This document shows, in pieces, positions 21,277 to 30,812 of a stretch of DNA of 64,000 bases. Source of the stretch: Nitrospirota bacterium. GTDB taxonomy: Bacteria; Nitrospirota; UBA9217. The stretch is taken from positions 1 through 64,000 of the forward strand of contig DASPSR010000062.1 of the NCBI GenBank assembly GCA_035623825.1, given 5' to 3'. Each line of letters starts with the position of its first letter. The first letter of the stretch is position 1. Made by a program: the position numbers and the translations under genes. Under the pieces are notes generated by a model. The model saw only the letters and a program-made list of their open reading frames with translations, ran no database searches and had not been told where the DNA came from.

Positions 21277-21328
21277 ATAGAGCACCGGGAGGACATTACA
21301 GCTACTAACTCAAGGAGGATAACCCGAT

Positions 21329-22000
21329 ATGGTAACCAAGGAAAAGGAACAGGAACTAATCAAGAGACTTCAAGATGCGGTAATCAACTACCGGGTTGAT
21401 GACGCCAGAAAGACAGCTGAAGAAGCGATCAAGGCAGGTGCTGATGCGTACACGATGACCATGTCCGGATTGGCAGGCGGGATGGAGGTCGTGAGCCAGA
21501 AGTTCGACAGCCATGAATACTTCGTCCCCGAGACATTGCTGTGTGCCAAAGCGCTCTATGCAGCCCTGGATTTGCTGAAGCCGCATATTAAGGCACGGGA
21601 CGAAGGCGCGCGCGGTCAAGTAGTGCTGGGTGTGATGCAAGGTGACGTGCACGACCTCGGGAAAAATCTCATCAAGGCCATTTTCGAATCAGCTGGGTGG
21701 ACCGTGCACGATCTGGGAAGAGATGTTCCGCTCCAGAAGTTCGTGGACGAACAGCTCAAAACCGACTCCGACATCGTTATGCTTTCCGCGATGATGACGA
21801 CTTCGATGGTGGGGATCAAGAAGCTCATTCCGATGATAAAAGAGAAGAACCCGAAGGTAAAGATCATGATCGGAGGAGCGCCAATCACCGAGAAGACCGT
21901 CGAGGAATACGGCGCTGACGTAACGGCTGATAATGCTCCCAATGCCTTGCGCGAAGCAATGAGGATGCTCGAAGCTCTGCGAAAAGGCAGGGCAGCTTAG
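21329..22000 (+). CDS. Corrinoid (B12-binding) methyl-carrier protein, MtaC/MtbC-like
   Basis: Four-helix cap (YFVPE) plus GDVHDLGKN (DxHxxG), SAMMTT, MIGGAP. Confidence 0.93.
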   Translation: MVTKEKEQELIKRLQDAVINYRVDDARKTAEEAIKAGADAYTMTMSGLAGGMEVVSQKFDSHEYFVPETLLCAKALYAALDLLKPHIKARDEGARGQVVLGVMQGDVHDLGKNLIKAIFESAGWTVHDLGRDVPLQKFVDEQLKTDSDIVMLSAMMTTSMVGIKKLIPMIKEKNPKVKIMIGGAPITEKTVEEYGADVTADNAPNALREAMRMLEALRKGRAA

Positions 22001-22111
22001 GCGGCAGTTACAGGGAGCCCTGAACGGACCGAGACTCGAGGCTATTCTGCGCTCCCTGGTTACCGCCGTCCGAAGCTAAATCTACAAACAGCAAGGAGAA
22101 AAATACCTACA

Positions 22112-24055
22112 ATGGAACATACGATCATCTTTCAGCCGTCAGGCCGTCGTGGCCGGGTACCTGAAGGCACCACGATCCTTGATGCTGCCAGAAGGCTAGG
22201 AGTAGGAATTGAGGCGGTCTGCGGTGAGAAGCTTGTCTGTGGAAAGTGCCGGATCAAGATCATGGAGGGACTGTTTCCGAAGGAGGGGATCACGTCCTCT
22301 ATGAAGCACCTGAGCGATCTCGACGAGAAGGAGATCAAGGTGCTTAAGCGGAAGGATTCTGACGAACATATCCGGCTGGCTTGCTCTACGCGCATACACG
22401 GTGATGTGCTGGTATTCGTCCCGGAGGCCAGCCGCACAGGAAAACAAGTCGTCAGCAAGGCGGCCGGCGTCATAAAGGTGAAACTTAAACCGGCCGTCAA
22501 GAAGTACTATGTCGAACTTCCCCCTCCCAAGCTGGACGATCCACTCGGAGATTTAGAGCGGCTTGAAAAGGCTCTTGCTAAACACCATCGATTCAAGCCG
22601 CTCGCTATCGATTACCGGGTTCTTCAAAGCCTTCCCGACGCAGTCCGCAAAGGGGACTGGAAGGTGACCGTTACCATCTGGAACAAAAGCGAGATCATCC
22701 GGATCGAACCGGGCAAGGTGACAACCAACATCGGCCTCGCGGTTGACATCGGAACTACAACGGTTGCCGGATATCTAACCGACCTTAACACAGGCAAGGT
22801 CCTGGTGACCGAATCAATGATGAATCCTCAGGTGCGGTACGGTGAGGACGTTATGTCGCGCATAACCTACTGCATGATGAACGAGCAGACCGGCCTCAAG
22901 GAGTTGCAGGCAACGATTATCGAGGGTTTGAACTCGATAGCGAAGCAGGCGGCCCATAAAGCCGGATTCTCACCCGATGATATCAGCGAGATGACCCTGG
23001 TCGGTAATACTGCCATGCACCACATCCTGCTCGGGATCAATCCGGAGTACATGGGAGTCGCTCCCTTTACACCCGCCCTTCATCGTTCAGTGGATCTCAA
23101 GGCTGAGCGATTCGGAATTGAGATTCTTCCCAGCGGTAACATTCATATCATGCCAATCGAAGCCGGTTTTGTGGGGGCCGACAACGTCGGATGTCTGATT
23201 GCCGATACACCGCACAGGAAGGAAGCCATGACGCTCCTAATCGATATCGGCACGAACGGCGAACTCGTGTTGGGGAATCGCAAGAAGCTCATTTCCTGCT
23301 CGTGCGCTACAGGTCCAGCGCTCGAAGGGGCACAGATCGAATTTGGCATGCGCGCAGCACCTGGAGCAATCGAGCGGGTCAAGATTGATCCGCAGACCTA
23401 CGAACCCACCTACAAGGTGATCGGCAACAACGAGTGGAGCGATGGAGTGAGAAACATGCAAGCCCGGGGCATCTGCGGTTCTGCCATCATCGACGTTATA
23501 GCCGAGATGTTCAAGGCAGGGATTATCATGAAGAACGGTCGGCTCAACGCAGAGATCAAGTCATCCCGCATCAGACAGGGAGCAAAGAATGTGGTCGAGT
23601 ACGTCCTCGCCTGGAAGCACGAGACGGCGATCGACCAAGACGTTGTCGTCAACCAGAAGGACGTTCGGGCCATACAGCTCGCTAAGGGAGCCCTCTATTC
23701 CGGCTGCCTGATCATGATGCGGAAGCTCGGCGTCGACTCGTTCGACCGACTTGCGGTTGCAGGCGCCTTTGGAAGCCACATCGACAAGGTTGCAGCGATG
23801 GCAATCGGGATGTACCCGGACTGTGATTTAAAGAAAGTCGAGTATATCGGCAACGCTGCTGGGGATGGAGCACGGATTGCGCTCTTGAACACTGATAAGC
23901 GAAGGGAAGCAAATCAGATAGCTCGACAGGTGGAATATGTGGAGTTGGCTCTCGAGGAGGATTTTAACGACCGCTTTGGAGAGGCTATGCAGTTTCCTCA
24001 CATGTTCGATAAGTTTCCTCACCTGAAAGGCATTTTGTCCGAGGAGTATGTTTAA
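22112..24055 (+). CDS. ATP-dependent reductive activator of corrinoid enzymes (RACE/RACo; [2Fe-2S]-ASKHA, DUF4445)
   Basis: CGEKLVCGKC...RLAC ferredoxin; DIGTT, DIGTNGE, GPALEG, GICGS, GNAAG. Confidence 0.93.
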   Translation: MEHTIIFQPSGRRGRVPEGTTILDAARRLGVGIEAVCGEKLVCGKCRIKIMEGLFPKEGITSSMKHLSDLDEKEIKVLKRKDSDEHIRLACSTRIHGDVLVFVPEASRTGKQVVSKAAGVIKVKLKPAVKKYYVELPPPKLDDPLGDLERLEKALAKHHRFKPLAIDYRVLQSLPDAVRKGDWKVTVTIWNKSEIIRIEPGKVTTNIGLAVDIGTTTVAGYLTDLNTGKVLVTESMMNPQVRYGEDVMSRITYCMMNEQTGLKELQATIIEGLNSIAKQAAHKAGFSPDDISEMTLVGNTAMHHILLGINPEYMGVAPFTPALHRSVDLKAERFGIEILPSGNIHIMPIEAGFVGADNVGCLIADTPHRKEAMTLLIDIGTNGELVLGNRKKLISCSCATGPALEGAQIEFGMRAAPGAIERVKIDPQTYEPTYKVIGNNEWSDGVRNMQARGICGSAIIDVIAEMFKAGIIMKNGRLNAEIKSSRIRQGAKNVVEYVLAWKHETAIDQDVVVNQKDVRAIQLAKGALYSGCLIMMRKLGVDSFDRLAVAGAFGSHIDKVAAMAIGMYPDCDLKKVEYIGNAAGDGARIALLNTDKRREANQIARQVEYVELALEEDFNDRFGEAMQFPHMFDKFPHLKGILSEEYV

Positions 24056-24106
24056 CGTACTTAACCGGTGGCAAGCGGGATGCCTGCCGCAGAAAGGATG
24101 TGCATA

Positions 24107-24295
24107 ATGAAGGTGAAATATATAGGCGACACAAAGAATGTGCAGACAATAAGCGGAAAACAGGTCTCAATTGCGAGGAACGCTCAGTACGAATGCATGG
24201 AAAAGGAATATCATTCAGCAACGACCGTTCGGGTGTTGCTTCCCGATGGCGAACACGTCAAGATCAAACGTTCGGAACTCCAGAAAGTGGCATAA
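24107..24295 (+). CDS. Small beta-rich hypothetical protein (62 aa)
   Basis: RBS aaagga; same strand and operon spacing. Confidence 0.6.
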   Translation: MKVKYIGDTKNVQTISGKQVSIARNAQYECMEKEYHSATTVRVLLPDGEHVKIKRSELQKVA

Positions 24296-24305
24296 GGGGT
24301 GTTTT

Positions 24306-24506
24306 GTGAGAATCTCCATCGAATACTGCGGTACATGCAACTATCGGCCACAAGCCGCTGCCCTTGCGAATGCCATCGAAGAAGCTGTCGGGGTTAAGCC
24401 AAGATTGGTGCATTCTACCGTAATCGGCACGTAAAAGGTTTTCGTGGATGGAGATACCATTTTCCCCAAACCGAGAGGGGCATTGAGTGTGCTGAGCAAA
24501 AGATAG
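24306..24506 (+). pseudogene. Rdx (SelT/SelW/SelH-like) redox protein, CxxC form, interrupted by TAA
   Basis: RISIEYCGTCNYRPQAAALA...GT*KVFVDGDTIF; family-like sequence continues in frame after TAA at 24432. Confidence 0.75.
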
Positions 24507-24590
24507 CTGCAGACGCCCTTCCGAAACATGTTGACTTTTTCATTTACAGTGGCTTAATATAACGCCACATTTGCTTAAATAACAGCTTCT

Positions 24591-24749
24591 ACAATTAGGT
24601 GAAGGGAATCCCGTGCGAATCGGGAGCGGAGCCGCCGCTGTAATCCCAGCCTTGCAAAAGCAGGGCTAAACACTGTCAAGGAAGAAGCCACTGGCCAAAC
24701 AGCCGGGAAGGCCGACAGTGGGGAAGAGCCAGAAGACCTGCCTAATTGT
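24591..24749 (+). ncRNA. Cobalamin riboswitch upstream of cobT
   Basis: agggaatcccgtgcgaatcggg, gccgctgtaa, gccactgg..ccgggaaggc, B12 box agccagaagacctgcc; P1 acaattagg/cctaattgt. Confidence 0.92.
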
Positions 24750-24805
24750 TCTCGCACAATATCTTCGGAGCTAAGATTCTGTGTGGGTTAATAGTCGACA
24801 TCATT

Positions 24806-24844
24806 AATCCCCAATCTTCTACGAAGGCTGGGGATTTTTTTTTG
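24806..24844 (+). terminator. Riboswitch expression-platform terminator
   Basis: aatcccca..tggggatt hairpin plus long T-run before cobT. Confidence 0.8.
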
Positions 24845-24900
24845 CCAGTGTGAAAGCGACATTCAAAAACGTTAAACCGTTAGAATGGGGAACCGACAAG

Positions 24901-25956
24901 ATGGAGAACATGAAGAACAAAGTTGTGGCTGTTAAAGACTCACTGGCCGGCGAGGCCCAGAGGCACTTGGATAATCTCACCAAGCCACCAGGCAGTCTGG
25001 GCAGACTTGAGGAATTTGCGAAAAGGATCGTAGCAATCACCGGCGAACGGATGCCCGTCCTTGACAAAAAAGTCATCTTCACGTTCGCGGGAGACCACGG
25101 AATCACCGAAGAAGGCGTGTCCGCCTATCCGAAAGAGGTAACTCCGCAAATGGTCTTCAACTTCCTCCGCGGTGGAGCAGGCATCAACGTGCTGGCACGC
25201 CAGGCGGGCGCGGATGTGGTTGTCATCGACATCGGCGTTGATTATGACTTTGCAAATGCTGCAAGCCTTGTATCGCGAAAAGTCGTGCATGGGACCGCGA
25301 ACATGGCGAAAGGCCCGGCCATGACGAGGCAGCAGGCGGAGCAGTGCATACAGGTGGGAATCGATCTTGCCAGAGAGTACGCAAATAAGGGATACCGCAT
25401 TTTCGGCACTGGAGACATGGGCATCGGCAATACGACGCCGTCCAGCGCCATCGCGTCGGTGCTCACGAAAACGCCGGTCGCGGATGTGACCGGCAGGGGC
25501 ACGGGGATAAGCGAACAGTCGCTTCGAAATAAGATAACGGTGATCGAGAAAAGCATCGCCCTGAACCGGCCCGATCCTAAGGACCCTATCGACGTCTTGG
25601 CAAAGGTGGGAGGGGCAGAAATCGGCGGCATTGCCGGACTGATCCTGGGGGCATCCTCCGAACGAGTCCCAGTGGTAGTGGATGGTCTTATTTCGACTGC
25701 GGGCGCAATGATCGCCTACGAGATCGAGCCGAAGACTGCGGACTATATGTTTGCCGGTCATTCCTCGGTCGAGATTGGCCAGAAGGCCATGTTGCGAAGA
25801 ATGGGCCTTGCGCCGATCCTCGATCTTAATTTAAGGCTCGGCGAAGGTACAGGAGCCGCGCTCGCCATGATGATGATCGAGGCTGGCACCAGGATCTACA
25901 GGGAAATGGCAACCTTCGGCGAGGCCGGAGTTTCGGATGAAATAATCAACCAATGA
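24901..25956 (+). CDS. cobT: Nicotinate-nucleotide:benzimidazole phosphoribosyltransferase
   Basis: [38 protein letters not shown]; start may be 24850 or 24910. Confidence 0.95.
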   Translation: MENMKNKVVAVKDSLAGEAQRHLDNLTKPPGSLGRLEEFAKRIVAITGERMPVLDKKVIFTFAGDHGITEEGVSAYPKEVTPQMVFNFLRGGAGINVLARQAGADVVVIDIGVDYDFANAASLVSRKVVHGTANMAKGPAMTRQQAEQCIQVGIDLAREYANKGYRIFGTGDMGIGNTTPSSAIASVLTKTPVADVTGRGTGISEQSLRNKITVIEKSIALNRPDPKDPIDVLAKVGGAEIGGIAGLILGASSERVPVVVDGLISTAGAMIAYEIEPKTADYMFAGHSSVEIGQKAMLRRMGLAPILDLNLRLGEGTGAALAMMMIEAGTRIYREMATFGEAGVSDEIINQ

Positions 25957-26028
25957 CACCTGAGCGGATGAAGCGCCAACAGTTCATCAAATTTGGTCGT
26001 TTTCGTCGAATCGGTACTCGATAATGTT

Positions 26029-27576
26029 ATGAAGCAATTCCTGCCTCATCAGCGCTATGATGCGCAGACTGCCGGTCCGCAGTATCTCGAAGACCTTGCC
26101 ACGGGATATTGGTATTCGGAGGTGCTCTTTACGGCTGTTGAAATGGACCTCTTTTCCTGCCTCGGAGAAGAAGGCGCGACCGTGGAGGAACTCGCCGGCA
26201 AACTTGAAGCAACTTTCGAGGGCGTGAGACGGCTTATCCGGACACTCGTCCACCTGGGGCTTGTAACCGAGGGTGATGGAAAGTGTTTCAATACAAAACT
26301 TTCGAGCACCTATCTGCTGAAGGGGAGGGACCAGTATCAAGGGCATTCCATTCTCTGGCGCAGGCATTTGCGTCCTGGCTGGCAGGCTCTCACGGCATGC
26401 ATCAGAAAAGGCGGAAGGGTGGAGTACCCCGACGACAAACCTTCCGAACGAGTCGAACGCATACGCAAATATATCCTCGCCATGGACGCTGTCGCAAAAG
26501 CAAAGACAGACGAAATTGTTCGTTTTTTCGAGGGGCGTTCTCAAAAGGGCGAAATACTCGATGTGGGGACAGGATCTGGCGCTATTGCAGCCGCCTTTCT
26601 TGAACGTTTTCCCGAAACGAGGGCGACGGTCATGGATCTAGCGGATGTGCTCGAGCAGAGCCGTGAGCTGATGTCCCGAAGTGGCCTTGAAAGGAGAATT
26701 CAGTACTGCCCGGCGAACATCCTCTTGTCCTGGCCGCTCGAGGAACGAGATTTCGAGATCATCATCCTTTCGAACATTCTTCACGCCTATTCCGAGCGCG
26801 AGCTGGATCATATTCTTCGCTCTGCAGCGAATCGTCTGGGGAAGAACGGCATTCTTCTCGTCCATGATTTTTTCTTCGAGCACTGTCCGCAAAAGGCCTC
26901 GCTCTCCGATCTGAACATGTTCATCAACACCTTTAACGGCAGGGTTTTTCAAGCAGCCAACGCCCGTGAACAGCTTTCCCGTCTCGGGCTTCTGTGCTCA
27001 GAGCTCGTGCCGCTTACGAGCGATACTGCCGTTTTCTTCGCATCAAAGGAGAAAGCCGCACTCAATAGCCTTTGTCTTAGACCCGAAGACATATTGGTTT
27101 CCCGCATGCGGGCTTTGGGTTTTGAGGAAGTGTATCCGATAAAGTCAGAAGACATTCATATCTCGGAATGGACAAGCCTCAAGTGCCGCTTCGGGTGCGG
27201 CCACTATGGCAGCCTCCGTTGTCCTCCGAACAGCCCGTCAGCCGGAAAGACCAGAAAGATAGTCAAGGACTACAGGCGTGCGCTCCTCCTCCAGGGAGAA
27301 CCGCCGACACGGGACTTTCAGCTCAGAGTGCTGAAAGCCGAGATCGAGGCACTCAAGAGCGGTTTTCATAAGGCTCTTTCCTTTTGGGCCGGCCCGTGTT
27401 CACTGTGTGAATCCTGCAACACGGAGAAATGCAGAAACACGGCGTGGGCGAGGCCTTCCATGGAAGGTGCGGGCATCGACGTGTACGAAACCGTACGGAG
27501 CGCTGGTGCATCTCTCAGAACCTTGAACAGTAAAGATGAGTTCGTGAAATACTTCGCGTTAATCCTTCTGGAGTGA
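26029..27576 (+). CDS. bzaC: SAM O-methyltransferase fused to C-terminal DUF2284 (BzaC-like)
   Basis: Dimerisation domain plus LDVGTGSG, SNILH; C-terminal KCRFGC..CPP..GPCSLC..ARPSMEG; follows cobT. Confidence 0.8.
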   Translation: MKQFLPHQRYDAQTAGPQYLEDLATGYWYSEVLFTAVEMDLFSCLGEEGATVEELAGKLEATFEGVRRLIRTLVHLGLVTEGDGKCFNTKLSSTYLLKGRDQYQGHSILWRRHLRPGWQALTACIRKGGRVEYPDDKPSERVERIRKYILAMDAVAKAKTDEIVRFFEGRSQKGEILDVGTGSGAIAAAFLERFPETRATVMDLADVLEQSRELMSRSGLERRIQYCPANILLSWPLEERDFEIIILSNILHAYSERELDHILRSAANRLGKNGILLVHDFFFEHCPQKASLSDLNMFINTFNGRVFQAANAREQLSRLGLLCSELVPLTSDTAVFFASKEKAALNSLCLRPEDILVSRMRALGFEEVYPIKSEDIHISEWTSLKCRFGCGHYGSLRCPPNSPSAGKTRKIVKDYRRALLLQGEPPTRDFQLRVLKAEIEALKSGFHKALSFWAGPCSLCESCNTEKCRNTAWARPSMEGAGIDVYETVRSAGASLRTLNSKDEFVKYFALILLE

Positions 27577-27580
27577 AGTT

Positions 27581-28912
27581 ATGCGGGTCCTGTTCATTCA
27601 GTCCCCTTCCGTTGAAGGATCGTCGGCAGAGAAAGTATATCCTCTCGGGATTGTGATCCTGGCCGGACTGCTTCGGGATCGCGGCGATGCCGTCGAGCTT
27701 GTCGACACGAACATCGAACCTGACCCTTTCGGGGCGATTAAGAACAAGATCCTTGATTTCAAACCGGACGTCGTTGGGATTTCACTCCGGAACATAGATC
27801 CGCTCGGAAATAAAACGAGTTCTCTGGTTCCGCCGTTCCTCGTGATCGCCCGGCTTGTAAGGGCGGTCGCGCCGGAAGCATGGATCATCGCCGGCGGTAC
27901 GGCATTTTCCCTTTTCCCGGCACGGTTGATGCTGGAGGCGCCTGAAATTGACTACGGCCTGATCGGAGAAGCGGAAGCTTCCCTGCCGATCCTCTTGGAT
28001 TCCCTCGAGAACCCCACGAGAGTTCCCGGACTCTGCTGGCGCGCCCGGGACCGGATAACGATCGAAGCGCCGCCAGCATGTTTCAATGTGGCAGAGTACG
28101 CGCCGCCCGCGAGGGACGTGCTTGACCCGACTCGGTATGCAGGAATAAACGCCTACGTTCCCGCTGTGGGCATTGAGTTAAAGCGGGGCTGTCCTTTTCA
28201 CTGCGCCTACTGCGTCTACCCTGCGCTCCAGGGGCGGAAGCTTCGTATGAGGACGCCGCAGGAAGTCGTTGACGAGATGGAGACGCTCCAAAAGGAATAT
28301 GGCATCGATCGTTTTCATTTCACGGATCCGGTCGTAAATTATCCTGAAGACCCAATTCAGATCGTCTGCCGTGAAATACTACGAAGGAAGTTGAAGGTGA
28401 GGTGGGACGGCTTCATGAGAGAGGATCATTTTAGCGAAAAGCAGGCGACACTCTTCGAGCGGGCAGGCTGCGAATGCTTTTCCTTTTCTCCAGACGGCCT
28501 CTGTCAAGAGTCCCTGGATGTTCTTGACAAGCGGCTCACGGAAGGAGACATTCTGAAAGCCGTAAAGGCCGCGGCAAAAACCGAGGTTATGAGCGTTTAC
28601 CACTTCTTGGTCAATGTCCCGGGCGAAACCGATGAAACCTCTGCCAAGGGAGTTCGCATGCTCGAGCGGATCTACGATTTTCATGGGAACAAAAAGAATC
28701 TCGGAACCATCGTGCTGAACAATGTCAGGATTCTGCCGGGCACGGGCATCGAGCGGTTGGCCAGGGTGCGCGGAGTCATCGGGCCCGATACGGACCTGCT
28801 TTATCCCACCTACTACAATCCTAGACCGTTCGATACCTTCCGGTATCGTCTCGAAGCACTTCATCTTACCCGGAACGTGTTCATGTGGCAGAATGTGGAG
28901 GAATCTTTATGA
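27581..28912 (+). CDS. bzaD: B12-binding radical SAM methyltransferase (BzaD-like)
   Basis: N-terminal B12-binding domain; KRGCPFHCAYC; position after bzaC. Confidence 0.72.
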   Translation: MRVLFIQSPSVEGSSAEKVYPLGIVILAGLLRDRGDAVELVDTNIEPDPFGAIKNKILDFKPDVVGISLRNIDPLGNKTSSLVPPFLVIARLVRAVAPEAWIIAGGTAFSLFPARLMLEAPEIDYGLIGEAEASLPILLDSLENPTRVPGLCWRARDRITIEAPPACFNVAEYAPPARDVLDPTRYAGINAYVPAVGIELKRGCPFHCAYCVYPALQGRKLRMRTPQEVVDEMETLQKEYGIDRFHFTDPVVNYPEDPIQIVCREILRRKLKVRWDGFMREDHFSEKQATLFERAGCECFSFSPDGLCQESLDVLDKRLTEGDILKAVKAAAKTEVMSVYHFLVNVPGETDETSAKGVRMLERIYDFHGNKKNLGTIVLNNVRILPGTGIERLARVRGVIGPDTDLLYPTYYNPRPFDTFRYRLEALHLTRNVFMWQNVEESL

Positions 28913-30435
28913 AGATCCTGCTCTTGGAGCATCCACGAAGCATCGCTCCCGAACGATGCAACGATATCGCGAACACTCCGCTTTCCTCGTGCCTTCTGAG
29001 CGGTTATGCCGCGGGTATGCTCAAAGATAAGGGTCATCATGTCGAGATCGTTGAAGGGTATCTGGACGGACTTACGTACGAAGCCATCGCGGAACGGGTC
29101 ATCGCCATGAAGCCGGATATCCTGGGTGTCCACCTTGTTTACCACTGGCGGAACGATCACGCACTATTTGATTTCCTCGCAAGGATGAAAAAAAATGGGC
29201 ATGCGTCGTCAGTGACCGCTTACGGTTTCTACGCGACGCTATCTTATAGGAACATTCTAAAAGACCATGAAGCGGTTGATACGGTCATCGTCGGCGAGCC
29301 GGAGCTGCCGTTTGCCGGACTCGCGGAAGCTGCAGCTCTTAAAAACTACACTCCCGTCATCCCCGGCCTGGCGCTTCGAGACGGCACGGGCAGTATTAAA
29401 CTCATGACCCCAGATCCTGTTGTTGACCTCGACAGCCTCCCCGTTCCCGTCCGGACCGAAGCACTTGCCAGGATTTCAGAGGTGAATCTGCTTGGCAGCC
29501 GCGGGTGCTACGGGAAGTGTACGTTCTGCTACATCAATTCGTTTTTCGAATCCGGGACGCCCTGGCGCGGACGGAGCCCCGAGAACATCGTTAAGGAAAT
29601 CGACGCTATCATCGCCGGAAGCGGAGCACGGGATTTCTATTTTACAGATCCCAACTTTTTCGGCCCAGGCCAGATGGGTCAGGACCGAGCGGTGCGGCTT
29701 GCCGCACTTCTCAAGCCCAGAAAGATCCGGTTCGGCATCGAGGGACGGGTCAACGATATCCGGGATGAAACCATTGCCCTTCTGGCGGACGCCGGGCTGT
29801 GCCATATCCTGATCGGGCTCGAAAGCGGCAAAGACGAATCTCTCAGGCGGATGAACAAGATGACGACCGTAGAGCAGAACGAGAACGCACTTCGCATTCT
29901 GCGCAAAAACGGGATTGAGCCGAATGTTGGATTTATCATGTTCGAACCCGATTCTTCCCTGTCAGACCTGCGCGTTAATTTTGCGTTCTTGAAGAGAAAC
30001 GACCTGCTCAAGCGGCTTTCGGTTACCGCGAACGTTCTGTACCACCACCAGATCGTGCTCGAGGGAACAAAAGCATATCATGACCTGAAAAGAGAAAACC
30101 GGCTCGTCCTTGAACGGTCTTCGTCGTACGAGGGAACCGCTTATTTTCAAAACCCGGAAGTTGCGAGCCTGGCCGATATCATGAGGCAGACGACGAACTT
30201 TCTCTTTAGCCGAATGGACGGCATCTGGAGCGGAAAGGCGGTCGGGCCGCCCCGCATGGAGGAGGCATATGCCCAGGTCAACGAGCTGCTCGTCGAGACC
30301 TTCGAGGACTGCCTTGCCTCGCTCGAGCTCGGAATGCGACTCGACCGGGAGCTGATAGCATCGGTTGTTGGCATTGTGGAGAAAAAGATCAACCAACTTC
30401 TGAGGGAAGTCCCTCTGGGGCTCGGTTGTCAATAA
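28909..30435 (+). CDS. bzaE: B12-binding radical SAM protein (BzaE-like)
   Basis: SRGCYGKCTFC, DPNFFG, GLESG; ATGA overlap with previous gene. Confidence 0.72.
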   Translation: MKILLLEHPRSIAPERCNDIANTPLSSCLLSGYAAGMLKDKGHHVEIVEGYLDGLTYEAIAERVIAMKPDILGVHLVYHWRNDHALFDFLARMKKNGHASSVTAYGFYATLSYRNILKDHEAVDTVIVGEPELPFAGLAEAAALKNYTPVIPGLALRDGTGSIKLMTPDPVVDLDSLPVPVRTEALARISEVNLLGSRGCYGKCTFCYINSFFESGTPWRGRSPENIVKEIDAIIAGSGARDFYFTDPNFFGPGQMGQDRAVRLAALLKPRKIRFGIEGRVNDIRDETIALLADAGLCHILIGLESGKDESLRRMNKMTTVEQNENALRILRKNGIEPNVGFIMFEPDSSLSDLRVNFAFLKRNDLLKRLSVTANVLYHHQIVLEGTKAYHDLKRENRLVLERSSSYEGTAYFQNPEVASLADIMRQTTNFLFSRMDGIWSGKAVGPPRMEEAYAQVNELLVETFEDCLASLELGMRLDRELIASVVGIVEKKINQLLREVPLGLGCQ

Positions 30436-30451
30436 GATACGGCTTTATCGA

Positions 30452-30678
30452 GAATGAGAAAGCGGAAAGAGGTGTGATTCCTCTGCTGTCGCGCAACTGT
30501 GATGGAAACGAAAGCCAAGAGAGCCACGGGGCTGACTTAAAACAGCTTGAATGTTCGAAGCGTTTGATGCGTTTGAGTTCTGTAATGTCGCAAAGTGCAA
30601 ACGCTGAAACGTTCGAAACGTTTTAGTCTTCCGGAAGGCCGGCGAGTAGGGTGTCCTAAGCCAGGAGACGTCTCATTC
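30452..30678 (+). ncRNA. Second cobalamin riboswitch, with a long inserted hairpin
   Basis: cggaaagaggtgtgattcctc, gcaactgtga, gccac...ggaaggc, aagccaggagac; P1 gaatgaga/tctcattc. Confidence 0.8.
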
Positions 30679-30812
30679 AATTCCGCGTGGAAGGAGATTA
30701 TATGACATGGAGATTGTTACAGATGCTGTCGATGGATTGACCGCCAGGGACACGGTAACCTGATTGTCGAGTGGCTGTTCAAACACAAAATCAAATTAAA
30801 AGGAGTCATTCC

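Noticed and set aside
20212-21285. 357-aa minus-strand ORF exactly antisense to MT2
   Set aside because: Shadow ORF from codon bias; no motifs, while the plus strand has clear family signatures
10165-24055. Dichloromethane mec cassette or mercury-methylation hgcAB
   Set aside because: No MtrH-like MT, cation exchanger or DUF1638 recognised; corrinoid protein is DxHxxG type without the HgcA cap-helix motif or TM domain
24432-24434. Selenocysteine recoding in the Rdx gene
   Set aside because: The stop is TAA and not at the CxxU position
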